This document shows positions 38,473 through 47,771 of a stretch of 64,000 nucleotides of DNA, piece by piece; positions within the stretch are counted from its first letter, which is position 1, and each line of letters begins with the position of its first letter. The stretch spans positions 11,471-75,470 of the IMG/VR virus record IMGVR_UViG_3300018059_000012, one strand, 5' to 3'. The position numbers and the translations under genes are program-made. Source of the DNA: a virus. Under the pieces are notes generated by a model that was not told where the DNA came from, searched no databases, and was given only the letters and a program-made list of their open reading frames with translations.

Positions 38473-39003
38473 ATGGCGGGATATGGCAACATCGAAATGC
38501 TCCCACTACCGTCCGGCAACAAGGTCCGCGTCAAACGTGTTTCGCTCCTGACGCAAGTCCGGCTCAAGCAGATCCCACCGAACCTGATCAGTGCAGTCTG
38601 GTCCGTGTTCGGGCGTGATGGCGACGGACCAGCGCCCCCGATCAACATGAACGAGCGGGCGGAGACCATGATCGGCCTGATGGACGCGGCGATCAAGGCT
38701 GTGGTCGTGGATCTCAAGATCGTCGATGAAGGGCTGAGCGAGACCACAGTCGATGCCGAGGGATTCACGATCGGGCAGGTCAACATCCGCGACATTCCGG
38801 ATACGGACAAGGCGCTCATCTTCGGATTCTGTCAGGGGAGTGTGAACGCGAGTCCGATTACCATGGAGGTGGAGCGCGACCTGAAGTCCTTTCCTCCTGA
38901 GCCCGCACGCGAGACTCCTGGACCTAGCGGCGACGCGGTACGGGATACGACCGAGCAGCATGATTCGCCTGAGTCCGAAGTCGGCGTTGGCCCTCGCCTT
39001 TGA
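38473..39003 (+). CDS. Tail assembly chaperone (G form)
   Basis: Between tail tube and tape measure; LPSG.KV.VKR. Confidence 0.8.
   Translation: MAGYGNIEMLPLPSGNKVRVKRVSLLTQVRLKQIPPNLISAVWSVFGRDGDGPAPPINMNERAETMIGLMDAAIKAVVVDLKIVDEGLSETTVDAEGFTIGQVNIRDIPDTDKALIFGFCQGSVNASPITMEVERDLKSFPPEPARETPGPSGDAVRDTTEQHDSPESEVGVGPRL
38887..38893 (+). other. Putative +1 programmed frameshift site TCC-TTT-C
   Basis: +1 frame opens just after TGA at 38882 and reads FLLSPHARLLDLAATRYGIRPS. Confidence 0.7.
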
Positions 39004-39151
39004 TATGGCGCTGGCGCTCAGAGGCACGCTCGAGGAAGTCGCAGCCATGGAAGAGTCGATGCAACGGGCCAATGATCCTGAGGGCAGTGGGAAATACTCG
39101 GTGTTCACGCCTGAGGAGATCGAGAAGCAGGGCGGCTTGCTGAAGTTCTAA
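38891..39151 (+). CDS. Tail assembly chaperone frameshift extension (GT form)
   Basis: RYGxRPS...A..FD motif; ends just before tape measure SD. Confidence 0.7.
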   Translation, partial: FLLSPHARLLDLAATRYGIRPSSMIRLSPKSALALAFDMALALRGTLEEVAAMEESMQRANDPEGSGKYSVFTPEEIEKQGGLLKF

Positions 39152-39164
39152 GAGGAGCGCAAGC

Positions 39165-41528
39165 ATGGGTGGCGGGAATCCTGAACTGATTGTTCGCACG
39201 GGCGTTGAAGGGCAGGCGGAAACGCTTGGCTTCTTCAAGCAGCTCCAGGACGCCGCGGGCAAATTGAAGGATGGATTCAAGAACATCGCCGGCGCTGACA
39301 TCAGTGCGCCGATGATGCAACTTGGGGAGAGCTTCCGTGCTGGGGCGTCTGCCGCCCAAGGCATGGGCGGGATGGTCCAGCTCCTCTCAGGATCAATGTC
39401 GGCGATGACGTCACCGCTTGGCATTGTCGCCGCCGGTGTTGGGGCACTCATCGGGATCATGAACAAGGCGGCGAGTGCGACGGAAAGCGTCTACCGTGAG
39501 ATGCGCTCACTCACGGCGGTCACAGGGATGACTGTCGAAGAGACCAACGTTCTCGCCGATGCGTTCAAGCTGATGGGCTTCGAAGGCGACATGATGACAC
39601 GAACGATGTTCCGGCTCTCGATGGAGATCGAGAACGGAGGCAAGAAGCTAGGAGCCTATGGCGTTGCGATTCGCGATGTCGATGGGAACATGCGCAGTAC
39701 TGGTGAAATCTTCGAAGATACGCTGAAGCGACTTGGTGAAATCAGTAACGCTAGTCAGCGCAATGCGGCGTTGATGCAGTTGTTCGGCCGCGCAGGACGC
39801 GAACTGGCTCCGATGTTGGAACAGGGCGCGGCAGGGTTGGAGAAGTTCAAAGAGAAAGCACGTGACGTCGGGATCATGACCAAGGAGGACATGGAACGAA
39901 CGAAGGAGTTGATTCAGGCTAAGGCTGCCCTGAGTGATGCCTTCGAAGATATGTGGATTGTGCTTGGTCGCTCATTGATCCCGGCACTCAGCGAAGGTGT
40001 GAAGGTTCTGAACTTCTTCATCGAGGGTGTGACTGCGATCATCGGCTTGACTATCGAATGGATCAAGTGGATGATTACATCGAATGAGGCACTTGATCCA
40101 CTTTCGGTCTCGTTGAAGGCGGTCGCGGCAGCAATCTGGGCAATTGGGAAGGGGATCGAATTCATCAAGTCGTTTGGAAAGGTTGTCGCTGATTTTATCG
40201 TTGCTCCAACTGGAGCGCCTGGAGCCAAGTCGACATCGAAAGCGTCGGCACCTGGGGCGATCGTTACACCTGATGATATCAACGAACAGGCGAAATCACG
40301 GGATGCTCAGCTGAAAATCGATCAGAAGTACTTCAGTGATCTGCGATTCATGGAGACCGGATCCAAGGTTGAGCAGCTCAAGATGCAGATGGGGTATAAC
40401 GAACTCATCATTCAGGCCGAGCGTGAAAAGACCGCGGCACTCCTGAAGATCACCAACGATCCGATTAAGATCGAGAAGCTCAATCGTGAGCTGAATGAGA
40501 AGGAGATCGCCGCCGCTGGGGAGCGTCGTCTTGCACTTCTACAGATTCGTCAGGCTGAGGCTGATGATGCCAAGAAGTCAATGGATGATCAGGTCAAGGC
40601 ACGGCGTGATGCGAGTGAGCGAGAGATCAGGGTTGTCGAGATGCAGCGTGACTCCGAGTCTCGCCTGATTGAGCGCGTCGACACGGATGCCAAGACCAAG
40701 ATCGAGGATCGGAAGAATCTCGAGATCGATTCGACGCGGCAGATCACCGAAGCCAAGAAGGGGGCGATCGATTCTGAGATCGCCGCGAATAAGGCGTTAG
40801 CGCTCCAGTACCAGGACAATGCGGTACTTCAGCAGGATGTCCAGCGTAAGCTGATGGATCTCGCCAATCAACGGGCGAACGTTGAGCTGGATCAGATCTC
40901 ACGCGTAGCCAAGGCTCGCGATGACGCGGCCAAGGCTGAGCAGGATCGCCGGGACAAAGAAGCCGGTATGCTCGGCCAGCTCATCAAGATGGCTGAAGAC
41001 TACGCCAAGAGTCAAGGTCGGAAGACCATTACGAGTGGTGATATTGGACAAGCTATGCAACAACAGGAGAAGCAAACAGGCAATCAGTTTGCGCAGTTCT
41101 TTGGTGGTGGGGCGGTGGATCCCGCGAAGATGCGGCAGGCGATGGAGTTTCAGCAGTTCCAGCGTCAGATGCAACAGCAGGGCAGTACGCCAGAGAGTGT
41201 ACTCTCATCGTCATTTGGGCAGGCGCAGAAGACAATGGGTCCGGGACTTGGTTATGATGCCGCGACAGCCGCATACAATCGTGGTGACATTGGAATGGGT
41301 AACATCATGTATCAGCAGGCGCAAGGACAGGCTGAGATCGAACGCGCCGGTGGTGGCATTCCAAAAGACAGATCCGGTGTCGGGAACATCGTACAGGATC
41401 TGAAGAAGTCTGGTGACCAAGCGATTCAGGACATGCTCGGGAGAATTCCACCGATCATGGGCGATTGGTTCACCAATTTCTCGGATGGTCTCATCCGCAA
41501 GCTTGAGGAGGAGGCCGCCAGAATATGA
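39165..41528 (+). CDS. Tape measure protein
   Basis: Long helical A/E/K/Q-rich ORF after chaperone; LFGRAG.EL.PML. Confidence 0.9.
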   Translation: MGGGNPELIVRTGVEGQAETLGFFKQLQDAAGKLKDGFKNIAGADISAPMMQLGESFRAGASAAQGMGGMVQLLSGSMSAMTSPLGIVAAGVGALIGIMNKAASATESVYREMRSLTAVTGMTVEETNVLADAFKLMGFEGDMMTRTMFRLSMEIENGGKKLGAYGVAIRDVDGNMRSTGEIFEDTLKRLGEISNASQRNAALMQLFGRAGRELAPMLEQGAAGLEKFKEKARDVGIMTKEDMERTKELIQAKAALSDAFEDMWIVLGRSLIPALSEGVKVLNFFIEGVTAIIGLTIEWIKWMITSNEALDPLSVSLKAVAAAIWAIGKGIEFIKSFGKVVADFIVAPTGAPGAKSTSKASAPGAIVTPDDINEQAKSRDAQLKIDQKYFSDLRFMETGSKVEQLKMQMGYNELIIQAEREKTAALLKITNDPIKIEKLNRELNEKEIAAAGERRLALLQIRQAEADDAKKSMDDQVKARRDASEREIRVVEMQRDSESRLIERVDTDAKTKIEDRKNLEIDSTRQITEAKKGAIDSEIAANKALALQYQDNAVLQQDVQRKLMDLANQRANVELDQISRVAKARDDAAKAEQDRRDKEAGMLGQLIKMAEDYAKSQGRKTITSGDIGQAMQQQEKQTGNQFAQFFGGGAVDPAKMRQAMEFQQFQRQMQQQGSTPESVLSSSFGQAQKTMGPGLGYDAATAAYNRGDIGMGNIMYQQAQGQAEIERAGGGIPKDRSGVGNIVQDLKKSGDQAIQDMLGRIPPIMGDWFTNFSDGLIRKLEEEAARI

Positions 41529-41583
41529 ACAGAGCTAGAAGGAATTGGAGGATGTCCAGCGTGGCAATATGGATCTCTCCCCG

Positions 41584-41633
41584 TCTAGAGGGAAAACTTT
41601 CAACTGGGGTCAACCTCTGCCTACTGGGTAGGG
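41584..41633. repeat. Dispersed ~50-bp CTAG element, copy B
   Basis: TCTAGAGGGAAAACTTTCAACTGGGGTCAACCTCTGCCTACTGGGTAGGG, intergenic. Confidence 0.75.
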
Positions 41634-41651
41634 ATCTGAGGGGGGTCTAGC

Positions 41652-42089
41652 ATGGCCCAATTGAACATCCCGACTCCCCCAATCGGGGCACCATTCCCGC
41701 TTGGGGGCGTGTACCTGGATAACGTCCGGTTCACGACGAACCCGAAGACGTACAAGCCAGTTCAATGGAAGAAGCGCTATTCAATCCAGGACGCGATCGG
41801 TGGGAAGGTGACCATCCAGGACTTCGGGACGTTTGCGAAAGACTGTGAAGTCGTGTTGGCGAGTGAGGACAAGCAGTTCCTTGATGAGCCAACGACGATT
41901 ACGATTCACGAGAAGTTCAGGATACGTGGCGCGACCTTCGAGCTTCGGGACTGGATGCTTAACAACTTCACGATCTTCATGATGGAGTTCGAGCCGATCA
42001 ACTTCAGGCCGAACATCTATCTGTACAACGCGAAGTTCAAGGTTGTCGCAATCAATACCTTGTGGGGCGTCACCTACGTGGGGACATAG
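41652..42089 (+). CDS. Distal tail-like protein
   Basis: First gene after tape measure; GG.V.IQDFG. Confidence 0.6.
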   Translation: MAQLNIPTPPIGAPFPLGGVYLDNVRFTTNPKTYKPVQWKKRYSIQDAIGGKVTIQDFGTFAKDCEVVLASEDKQFLDEPTTITIHEKFRIRGATFELRDWMLNNFTIFMMEFEPINFRPNIYLYNAKFKVVAINTLWGVTYVGT

Positions 42090-42092
42090 CCT

Positions 42093-43160
42093 ATGTCAGC
42101 GACCGTACAGTTCTACGATAGCGATGGCGCGACACAGATCACGAGCTTCGACTTTGGTGACATTGACGGGGGCGAGCATATTCGGCCAAAGAAGTTTGGG
42201 GTCCGATCAACATCTGATCGTGTCCTGAACGGGGTCAATCAGCTCCTCGAAGCGATCGCTGGAAACGATGGTATCGACATGGTGTCCCATGCCGCTGATC
42301 CCGTGACCATCGGGACGCCCTACGGTCCATCGGGACTCGCGGCACAGGCGACACTGTCTCCCACGGCATCAGGCGGTGTCTGGAGCGCGATAGGTCCGGT
42401 GGGCTACAAGGTCACCTGGACTAACGCGCTTGGTGAGACCATTGGCTCGGCTGAAGTTACGATCAACGTCGATGATGTCACCAAGCTTGTCACGCTGCTC
42501 TGGAACAGTGTCCCGGCAGGAGCAACAGGGGCGAAGGTCTACCGGACGTCACTGCCAGGGACGTACAGTGGGACCAACCTCCGTGCAACACTTGGGGCCA
42601 CGAACACCTATGTCGACAATGGTGCTGCGACGACAACAGGTGTCCCGCCATTGCTGAACACAACGGCGGGGTTCAATCTCGCTGCCGTGCTCTCGGCTCC
42701 TGCTGCTGGTGGGATCTGGCCAGTTATCGGGGCGCGATTCTGGCGCGTAGTCGGCTATGATGCTGATGACATCGAGCTGGGCAATAGTTTTGAGGCCACG
42801 GTCACTATCGATGATACAACGAAAACTGTGGCCCTCTCTTGGGCGGCGGTCACTGGCGCGAGTAAGATCCGAGTGTGGCGGAGCACAACGACTGGGGTAT
42901 ATGCCACACCGGCACTTGTCATCGAGCTGGCTGGTGGCGCTACTGCCTACGTCGACATCGGTACCGCGGTCACGGCCGGCACGTTGACCTCGACACCATC
43001 ATACGGAATTCCTCCGACCGTGTTCGCCAGCGGTCCGATCAGCGAAGGACAGGTTGATATCGGAGAGTGGTACTTCATTTGGGTGCTCATCGATGTCCCA
43101 ATCAATGCGCCAGAAGTCGGCAACCCCCGTCTCGTTTTTGAGACGGCACAGGAGAGTTAG
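42093..43160 (+). CDS. Tail protein with two tandem FN3/Ig-like repeats
   Basis: Duplicated ~100-aa unit GG.W...V..DD.TK.V.L.W..V.GA...VYR...YVD.G. Confidence 0.75.
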   Translation: MSATVQFYDSDGATQITSFDFGDIDGGEHIRPKKFGVRSTSDRVLNGVNQLLEAIAGNDGIDMVSHAADPVTIGTPYGPSGLAAQATLSPTASGGVWSAIGPVGYKVTWTNALGETIGSAEVTINVDDVTKLVTLLWNSVPAGATGAKVYRTSLPGTYSGTNLRATLGATNTYVDNGAATTTGVPPLLNTTAGFNLAAVLSAPAAGGIWPVIGARFWRVVGYDADDIELGNSFEATVTIDDTTKTVALSWAAVTGASKIRVWRSTTTGVYATPALVIELAGGATAYVDIGTAVTAGTLTSTPSYGIPPTVFASGPISEGQVDIGEWYFIWVLIDVPINAPEVGNPRLVFETAQES

Positions 43161-43162
43161 CT

Positions 43163-44176
43163 ATGTCGGTCACACTCGCAGATCTCAAGCTTTACTACGC
43201 ACAGGTCGATCCGGACGACGATCTTGTCTCCCCAATTGGGGGCCCGATCGATCGAACCAAGCGTCCGGCGTTCATCGATGCCGCTGGGCTCATGCAGATC
43301 GTCAGCTCAACGACGGTCGACACCACGCAGCAGGTGACTGTGTTCGGACGTGATGTCACCGGTCTGATTATCAGCGAAGCCAAGATTCTGATCGGGGTGA
43401 CGCCGGTTGTCATGTCCAGCACGTTCGAGCGGTTACTGAAGTCGATCAAGAATGCGCTGACTGTCGGTGACATCGCACTCGAGGGGCAGACCGGGCAGCT
43501 CTCTGGGCAGCTCGCCGGCGCGACACTCTTCGACGTCACGCTCCCTGTGGGGTTCTCTGCGGTCGATGGGGCGTTCAATCAGTGGGTGCTCCGTGGGACT
43601 GGGACCAGCAAGTCGATCCGGCGCGTCATCAACTACCGCGGTTTGGATCGGCTGGCGACAGTAGATCATCCCTATACGACACTCTTTCCAACGCCGGCAG
43701 TCGCCGGGGATAACAGGAGCGGAAGCGGCGAAGCCTTCGTACTCTCGAAGGGCTACTTCTTCGAGCGCAATCCGTCACAGGTTATCGAGATTCGGCGTCC
43801 GTTCTACAATTCGGCGGCAGACACACCGGGTGGCGCGATCAGGACGTACTACGCGAAGATGTTCTGGGATAACACGAGTCCGCAGGGACTCGCACTCCTC
43901 GCCGCACAGATCGCCGAAGCGAGTGACCCTAACGCGGACATCGCCTTCGCGCTCGGGACGACATTCAACGATGCCTTCTTCAACGCGGGCAACAGACAGA
44001 CCGCCCCGGTGACTGGCGTTACGGCATTCGATTCAGCGACCAAGGCTGTTCCGGGTGGCAGCGGAGATCTCAAGGCAGGATCCAACATCGCAATGTGGGC
44101 AGAGCTGACCCTGCTTGCCGGCGCGGCAGCGCAGAATTCGATCTGGACCCCGAGGCTGACCGGGCAGACGGTGTAA
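43163..44176 (+). CDS. Minor tail protein
   Basis: DLKLY....D.....GG.I N-terminus; tail module position. Confidence 0.7.
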   Translation: MSVTLADLKLYYAQVDPDDDLVSPIGGPIDRTKRPAFIDAAGLMQIVSSTTVDTTQQVTVFGRDVTGLIISEAKILIGVTPVVMSSTFERLLKSIKNALTVGDIALEGQTGQLSGQLAGATLFDVTLPVGFSAVDGAFNQWVLRGTGTSKSIRRVINYRGLDRLATVDHPYTTLFPTPAVAGDNRSGSGEAFVLSKGYFFERNPSQVIEIRRPFYNSAADTPGGAIRTYYAKMFWDNTSPQGLALLAAQIAEASDPNADIAFALGTTFNDAFFNAGNRQTAPVTGVTAFDSATKAVPGGSGDLKAGSNIAMWAELTLLAGAAAQNSIWTPRLTGQTV

Positions 44177-44177
44177 C

Positions 44178-45113
44178 ATGACGACAGAGAAATTTACCAA
44201 CCTCGGCGAGAGCACACTCGCCGCGCCGTATACGAGTGGTGGGTCGTCACTCACCGTCGTCTCGGCGGCGGGATTCCCGACGACAGGCGTGTTCCGCGTC
44301 TCACTCGGAAACGTGGCACGGACTGTCTGGCGCGTTGACAGCGTCGCCGGCGCTGTATTTACGGGTGCCGCTGAATTCAGTGATGGCAATGCCGCGAGCG
44401 CTGACACGGTCAAGATTGCCGCGAGTCGTGGCGTTGCGGAACGGTTTCTTCAGAGTCCTGAAGTCGACGAAGTCCGTGCTCCTACCGGTGTCTCAGCGGG
44501 TGACTTCTTCGGACCACTTTACAAACTCATTGCTCTTGATCAGTCAGGATGGACATGGGATAATCAAGGCACCAAAACGGTTGTTCAAGCTAACGGAATT
44601 GTGTTTCTGTCAGGACCGGCAACCGGGGCAGGGACCAGCGTGGGGATGCGGCATACTAGTGCACCGGGTTCTCCCTATGTAATCACGGCCGCTATCCGAC
44701 TATTGCAAGCTGGCGATGATGATGTCACCGCTTCCGCTGCATTGATGTTCGGAGGTATTGGGTGGCGATCCGGTGCGGGTGGTCTGAGACTGATTGTTGC
44801 GGCAGCGAATGGTGGGATCTACCTGTATCAGTACAACAACACTACGTCTTTTGATTTGATGCTGGTCGGTCGCCTTCCCGGATACAGTGGTGGACCGATT
44901 TGGCTGCAAATTGAAAATAACGGTGTCAATCACTTTGCCCGCTATTCCCAGGACGGCGTGAACTTCACGCTGGTCCGTCAGTCTGTTATTGGTGAATTCA
45001 CCGAGACTGATGTAGGAATTGTGGTTTCCACAGAGGGAGCGCTAGCCTCGTTTCCTATTGACGGACCATTCGGTGTTGCCGGTATGAGTGTTCTGTCATG
45101 GCTTGAGACATAA
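44178..45113 (+). CDS. Tail fibre/receptor-binding protein with lectin-like C-terminus
   Basis: STLAA.....LTV.SAAGFP; C-terminal WLQI...G....YS.DG.NF. Confidence 0.7.
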   Translation: MTTEKFTNLGESTLAAPYTSGGSSLTVVSAAGFPTTGVFRVSLGNVARTVWRVDSVAGAVFTGAAEFSDGNAASADTVKIAASRGVAERFLQSPEVDEVRAPTGVSAGDFFGPLYKLIALDQSGWTWDNQGTKTVVQANGIVFLSGPATGAGTSVGMRHTSAPGSPYVITAAIRLLQAGDDDVTASAALMFGGIGWRSGAGGLRLIVAAANGGIYLYQYNNTTSFDLMLVGRLPGYSGGPIWLQIENNGVNHFARYSQDGVNFTLVRQSVIGEFTETDVGIVVSTEGALASFPIDGPFGVAGMSVLSWLET

Positions 45114-45119
45114 TCATCC

Positions 45120-45680
45120 ATGGCACCGACCTCAGAATGGGGTCTGTTTGAATGGGGCGAGGCCGAGTGGGGGTCGGGCGAAGATGATGCCGTTGTTGTC
45201 ATCGACCTTGCTCTCGATTGCCTCATCCCAGTCGAGAGCACTGGCTTCTTCGCAATCCAGCCACTTGATACTCCGATCCCTGTTGACAGCACTGGAGTCA
45301 AACCACTCTCGATCGATATGCTTATCCCGATCGACAGCGTGGGTTTGGAGACACTCAACCGTCTTGACGCTATCCCAATTGATGCCCTCCTCGGAGGCAT
45401 CCCGCTCACCCAGTATGCGGCGATCCCGATCGATAGTACAGGACTTGATCCGAACAAGTTGCTCCTCATCTGGAGCGTCAGGCAACCGCTTGATACACCA
45501 TTCTCGATTCGCTGGCGAGTCGTCCAGCGTGGGCTCATCGCCAAGCTCCAGTTGCGGTGGACAATCAGACAACATATCATGCCATTCACGCTTCGCTGGA
45601 ATGTTGTCCCTGACATCCTCTCGCCGCTCATCAGCATCGATGTCCAGAAGCCATTTGGGTCGATCACGAAAACGCCATGA
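45120..45680 (+). CDS. Repeat-containing virion protein (IPIDS repeats)
   Basis: EWG repeats, about five IP(I/V)(D/E)S units, RW repeats. Confidence 0.7.
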   Translation: MAPTSEWGLFEWGEAEWGSGEDDAVVVIDLALDCLIPVESTGFFAIQPLDTPIPVDSTGVKPLSIDMLIPIDSVGLETLNRLDAIPIDALLGGIPLTQYAAIPIDSTGLDPNKLLLIWSVRQPLDTPFSIRWRVVQRGLIAKLQLRWTIRQHIMPFTLRWNVVPDILSPLISIDVQKPFGSITKTP

Positions 45681-47452
45681 CCAGTGAATACGCGTCATTC
45701 AGTATCGACTCAACGTTGGAGCTGGTTGCCGATGGCTTCAACGCTGAGATCAACGATAGTGAGCTGTTCAGGCAGGCATCACCAGCCGATCGAGTTTCAC
45801 TCGCGCTTGGATTGCTTGATGGGACCCAGCTGAAGACGATCTCACAGATTACACTCGGGATCATCGACGAATACGAAATCACGATTAGTCCGAATAATGT
45901 CAATGGGCGAATTCGTGGGCGGGATCCATCAGCACTCCTGCTGGACTCGTACTTCAAGAAGCGGTACATCAGGCTGCCAGCACCCCCGACAGTTTCGACA
46001 TTCGTCCCGCCTATTGGGGCAATCCCTGAAGTGAAGGGGCGATTCACGGCCTCGCAGATCGCTGCTGAGGTCGTGGCGAGCGTGGGTCTGACGCTCTCCT
46101 ATGAGACCATCGACTATGAACTACAGGCGACGTTCGAAGCGGTTGGGCGTGTTATCGATATTCTCAGGAACCTCATTCGTCCCTGGACATTCGTTGAGCC
46201 GTTTCGCACAGACATCTTCATCATGGGACAAACTATAGTTCTGCGACAGCGCCCGTTTCCGGTGACAACGCCGACGTACTTCCTCACGCTCAACGAAGTT
46301 CGGCGGAAACAGGTCACGATCCGCAAGCGCAAGACCAAGAAGGTAGGGATTCTCACGCTTCGTGGCGCCAAGATTGCCGAGTCACTCACCATCGATCCGG
46401 ACAATGTGACGACAGGTGGATTCAACAATCTGTTCATCTCTGGCGAGCAGACCGAAGATGATATCCAGGAGAACTTTGCCCCACCTGACGTCTTACAGAG
46501 CATTGTCCACACGACGTCAGTGTTCCAGATGCCGGCACATATCTTGCTTCGCTCGACCAAAGAAGAATTCATCAAAGATCAAACTGGCCTGATTATGAAA
46601 ACGCGAGAAAAGATTAACAACCGATGGTCGTCGGTTGCCTTCGATTCATCCGGGCAAGTTGGACAACCCAAGCAGGAAGAGTCACTGATCACACGTGAAC
46701 GTATTGATAAATCGGATGAGTCAAAAGTTTTTCGCGTATGGGATATTGAATCAATTGGTTACTCATACAATAGCAGTGGATTTCTGACCGGTGAAACCGA
46801 TGTTACCAAGACGCTTGATCTGCAGGAAAATGTACCGGTTGGTTTCTCGGAGCAGCTTGGGACACTTTTTGGCACAGCAGGAACTGGGCAATTCATCAAT
46901 GCGACACAGACAGTTAAAACGCTTCGACCAAAAGGCAATCAGCTCGTCGAACAGATTGCCACTGATTACATCTGGAACAGTGGCGACAATGATTGGGATT
47001 TTCTCATGCGTCGAACACAGACGCAAGGTGGGTTTCAACCTGGTGGACCAGGACGAGCCGCCCCCATCTCACGGACCAATACTGCTGATGGGCAGCCCGG
47101 CATCGGTGGCTCCCGCCAAATCGAGCTCACGATCGTGCTCTCGACAGACAATGATGCGCAGGACATCGAGATCGGCGACGAGAACCTTGACATTGGGGCG
47201 CTCCAGCAATTGCAAGCGCAGTTCGTGGCGGTTCAGGGGATGTACGAGTATGAAATCATCTTCGATGGGATCGGGATGCCGTTCGTCCAGCGCGGCAAGA
47301 CTGTTGCCTTCGTTGGGATCGAAGTCGAGGATGGAAGTCTCTTGAATATTCCGCCCGTGATCATTACGAGCGTGCGGAGCAAGTACGTGGAGAAGGATGA
47401 TAAGTCAGAGTATGTGCTCAACGCCACCGGCTTTGGGTGGCAGGCTGCCTAA
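45677..47452 (+). CDS. Baseplate hub/Tal-like tail protein
   Basis: GIIDE...IRGRD...LLD; position. Confidence 0.65.
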   Translation: MTSEYASFSIDSTLELVADGFNAEINDSELFRQASPADRVSLALGLLDGTQLKTISQITLGIIDEYEITISPNNVNGRIRGRDPSALLLDSYFKKRYIRLPAPPTVSTFVPPIGAIPEVKGRFTASQIAAEVVASVGLTLSYETIDYELQATFEAVGRVIDILRNLIRPWTFVEPFRTDIFIMGQTIVLRQRPFPVTTPTYFLTLNEVRRKQVTIRKRKTKKVGILTLRGAKIAESLTIDPDNVTTGGFNNLFISGEQTEDDIQENFAPPDVLQSIVHTTSVFQMPAHILLRSTKEEFIKDQTGLIMKTREKINNRWSSVAFDSSGQVGQPKQEESLITRERIDKSDESKVFRVWDIESIGYSYNSSGFLTGETDVTKTLDLQENVPVGFSEQLGTLFGTAGTGQFINATQTVKTLRPKGNQLVEQIATDYIWNSGDNDWDFLMRRTQTQGGFQPGGPGRAAPISRTNTADGQPGIGGSRQIELTIVLSTDNDAQDIEIGDENLDIGALQQLQAQFVAVQGMYEYEIIFDGIGMPFVQRGKTVAFVGIEVEDGSLLNIPPVIITSVRSKYVEKDDKSEYVLNATGFGWQAA

Positions 47453-47468
47453 AGAAGGAAAGAACGAC

Positions 47469-47771
47469 ATGGCATTCAGACGAATGGTGAATCAGTACAC
47501 GACGCTCATGCAGAACGGTGACGTGCAGGGACTCCGAAATCAGCGCATTACGATGGTCGGTAAGACGACGCCGAGCGATTCTGATGAGGCCTTCTTTGAC
47601 ACCGCGACCATGACGGCAGTCTCCACGACTGCCGGTGGGACAGCATTCTTTCGCGGACGCACTGTCCAGGCCAGACAATCGAATGACGAACCACTGACCG
47701 CCGGGCAGGTGGTTTTTATCACCAAGACTCGCGACGGTGAGTTCGTCATTGATGGATCCGTCAAGGGCTGA
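47469..47771 (+). CDS. Small tail-tip protein
   Basis: L.AGQVVF OB-like C-terminus. Confidence 0.6.
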   Translation: MAFRRMVNQYTTLMQNGDVQGLRNQRITMVGKTTPSDSDEAFFDTATMTAVSTTAGGTAFFRGRTVQARQSNDEPLTAGQVVFITKTRDGEFVIDGSVKG

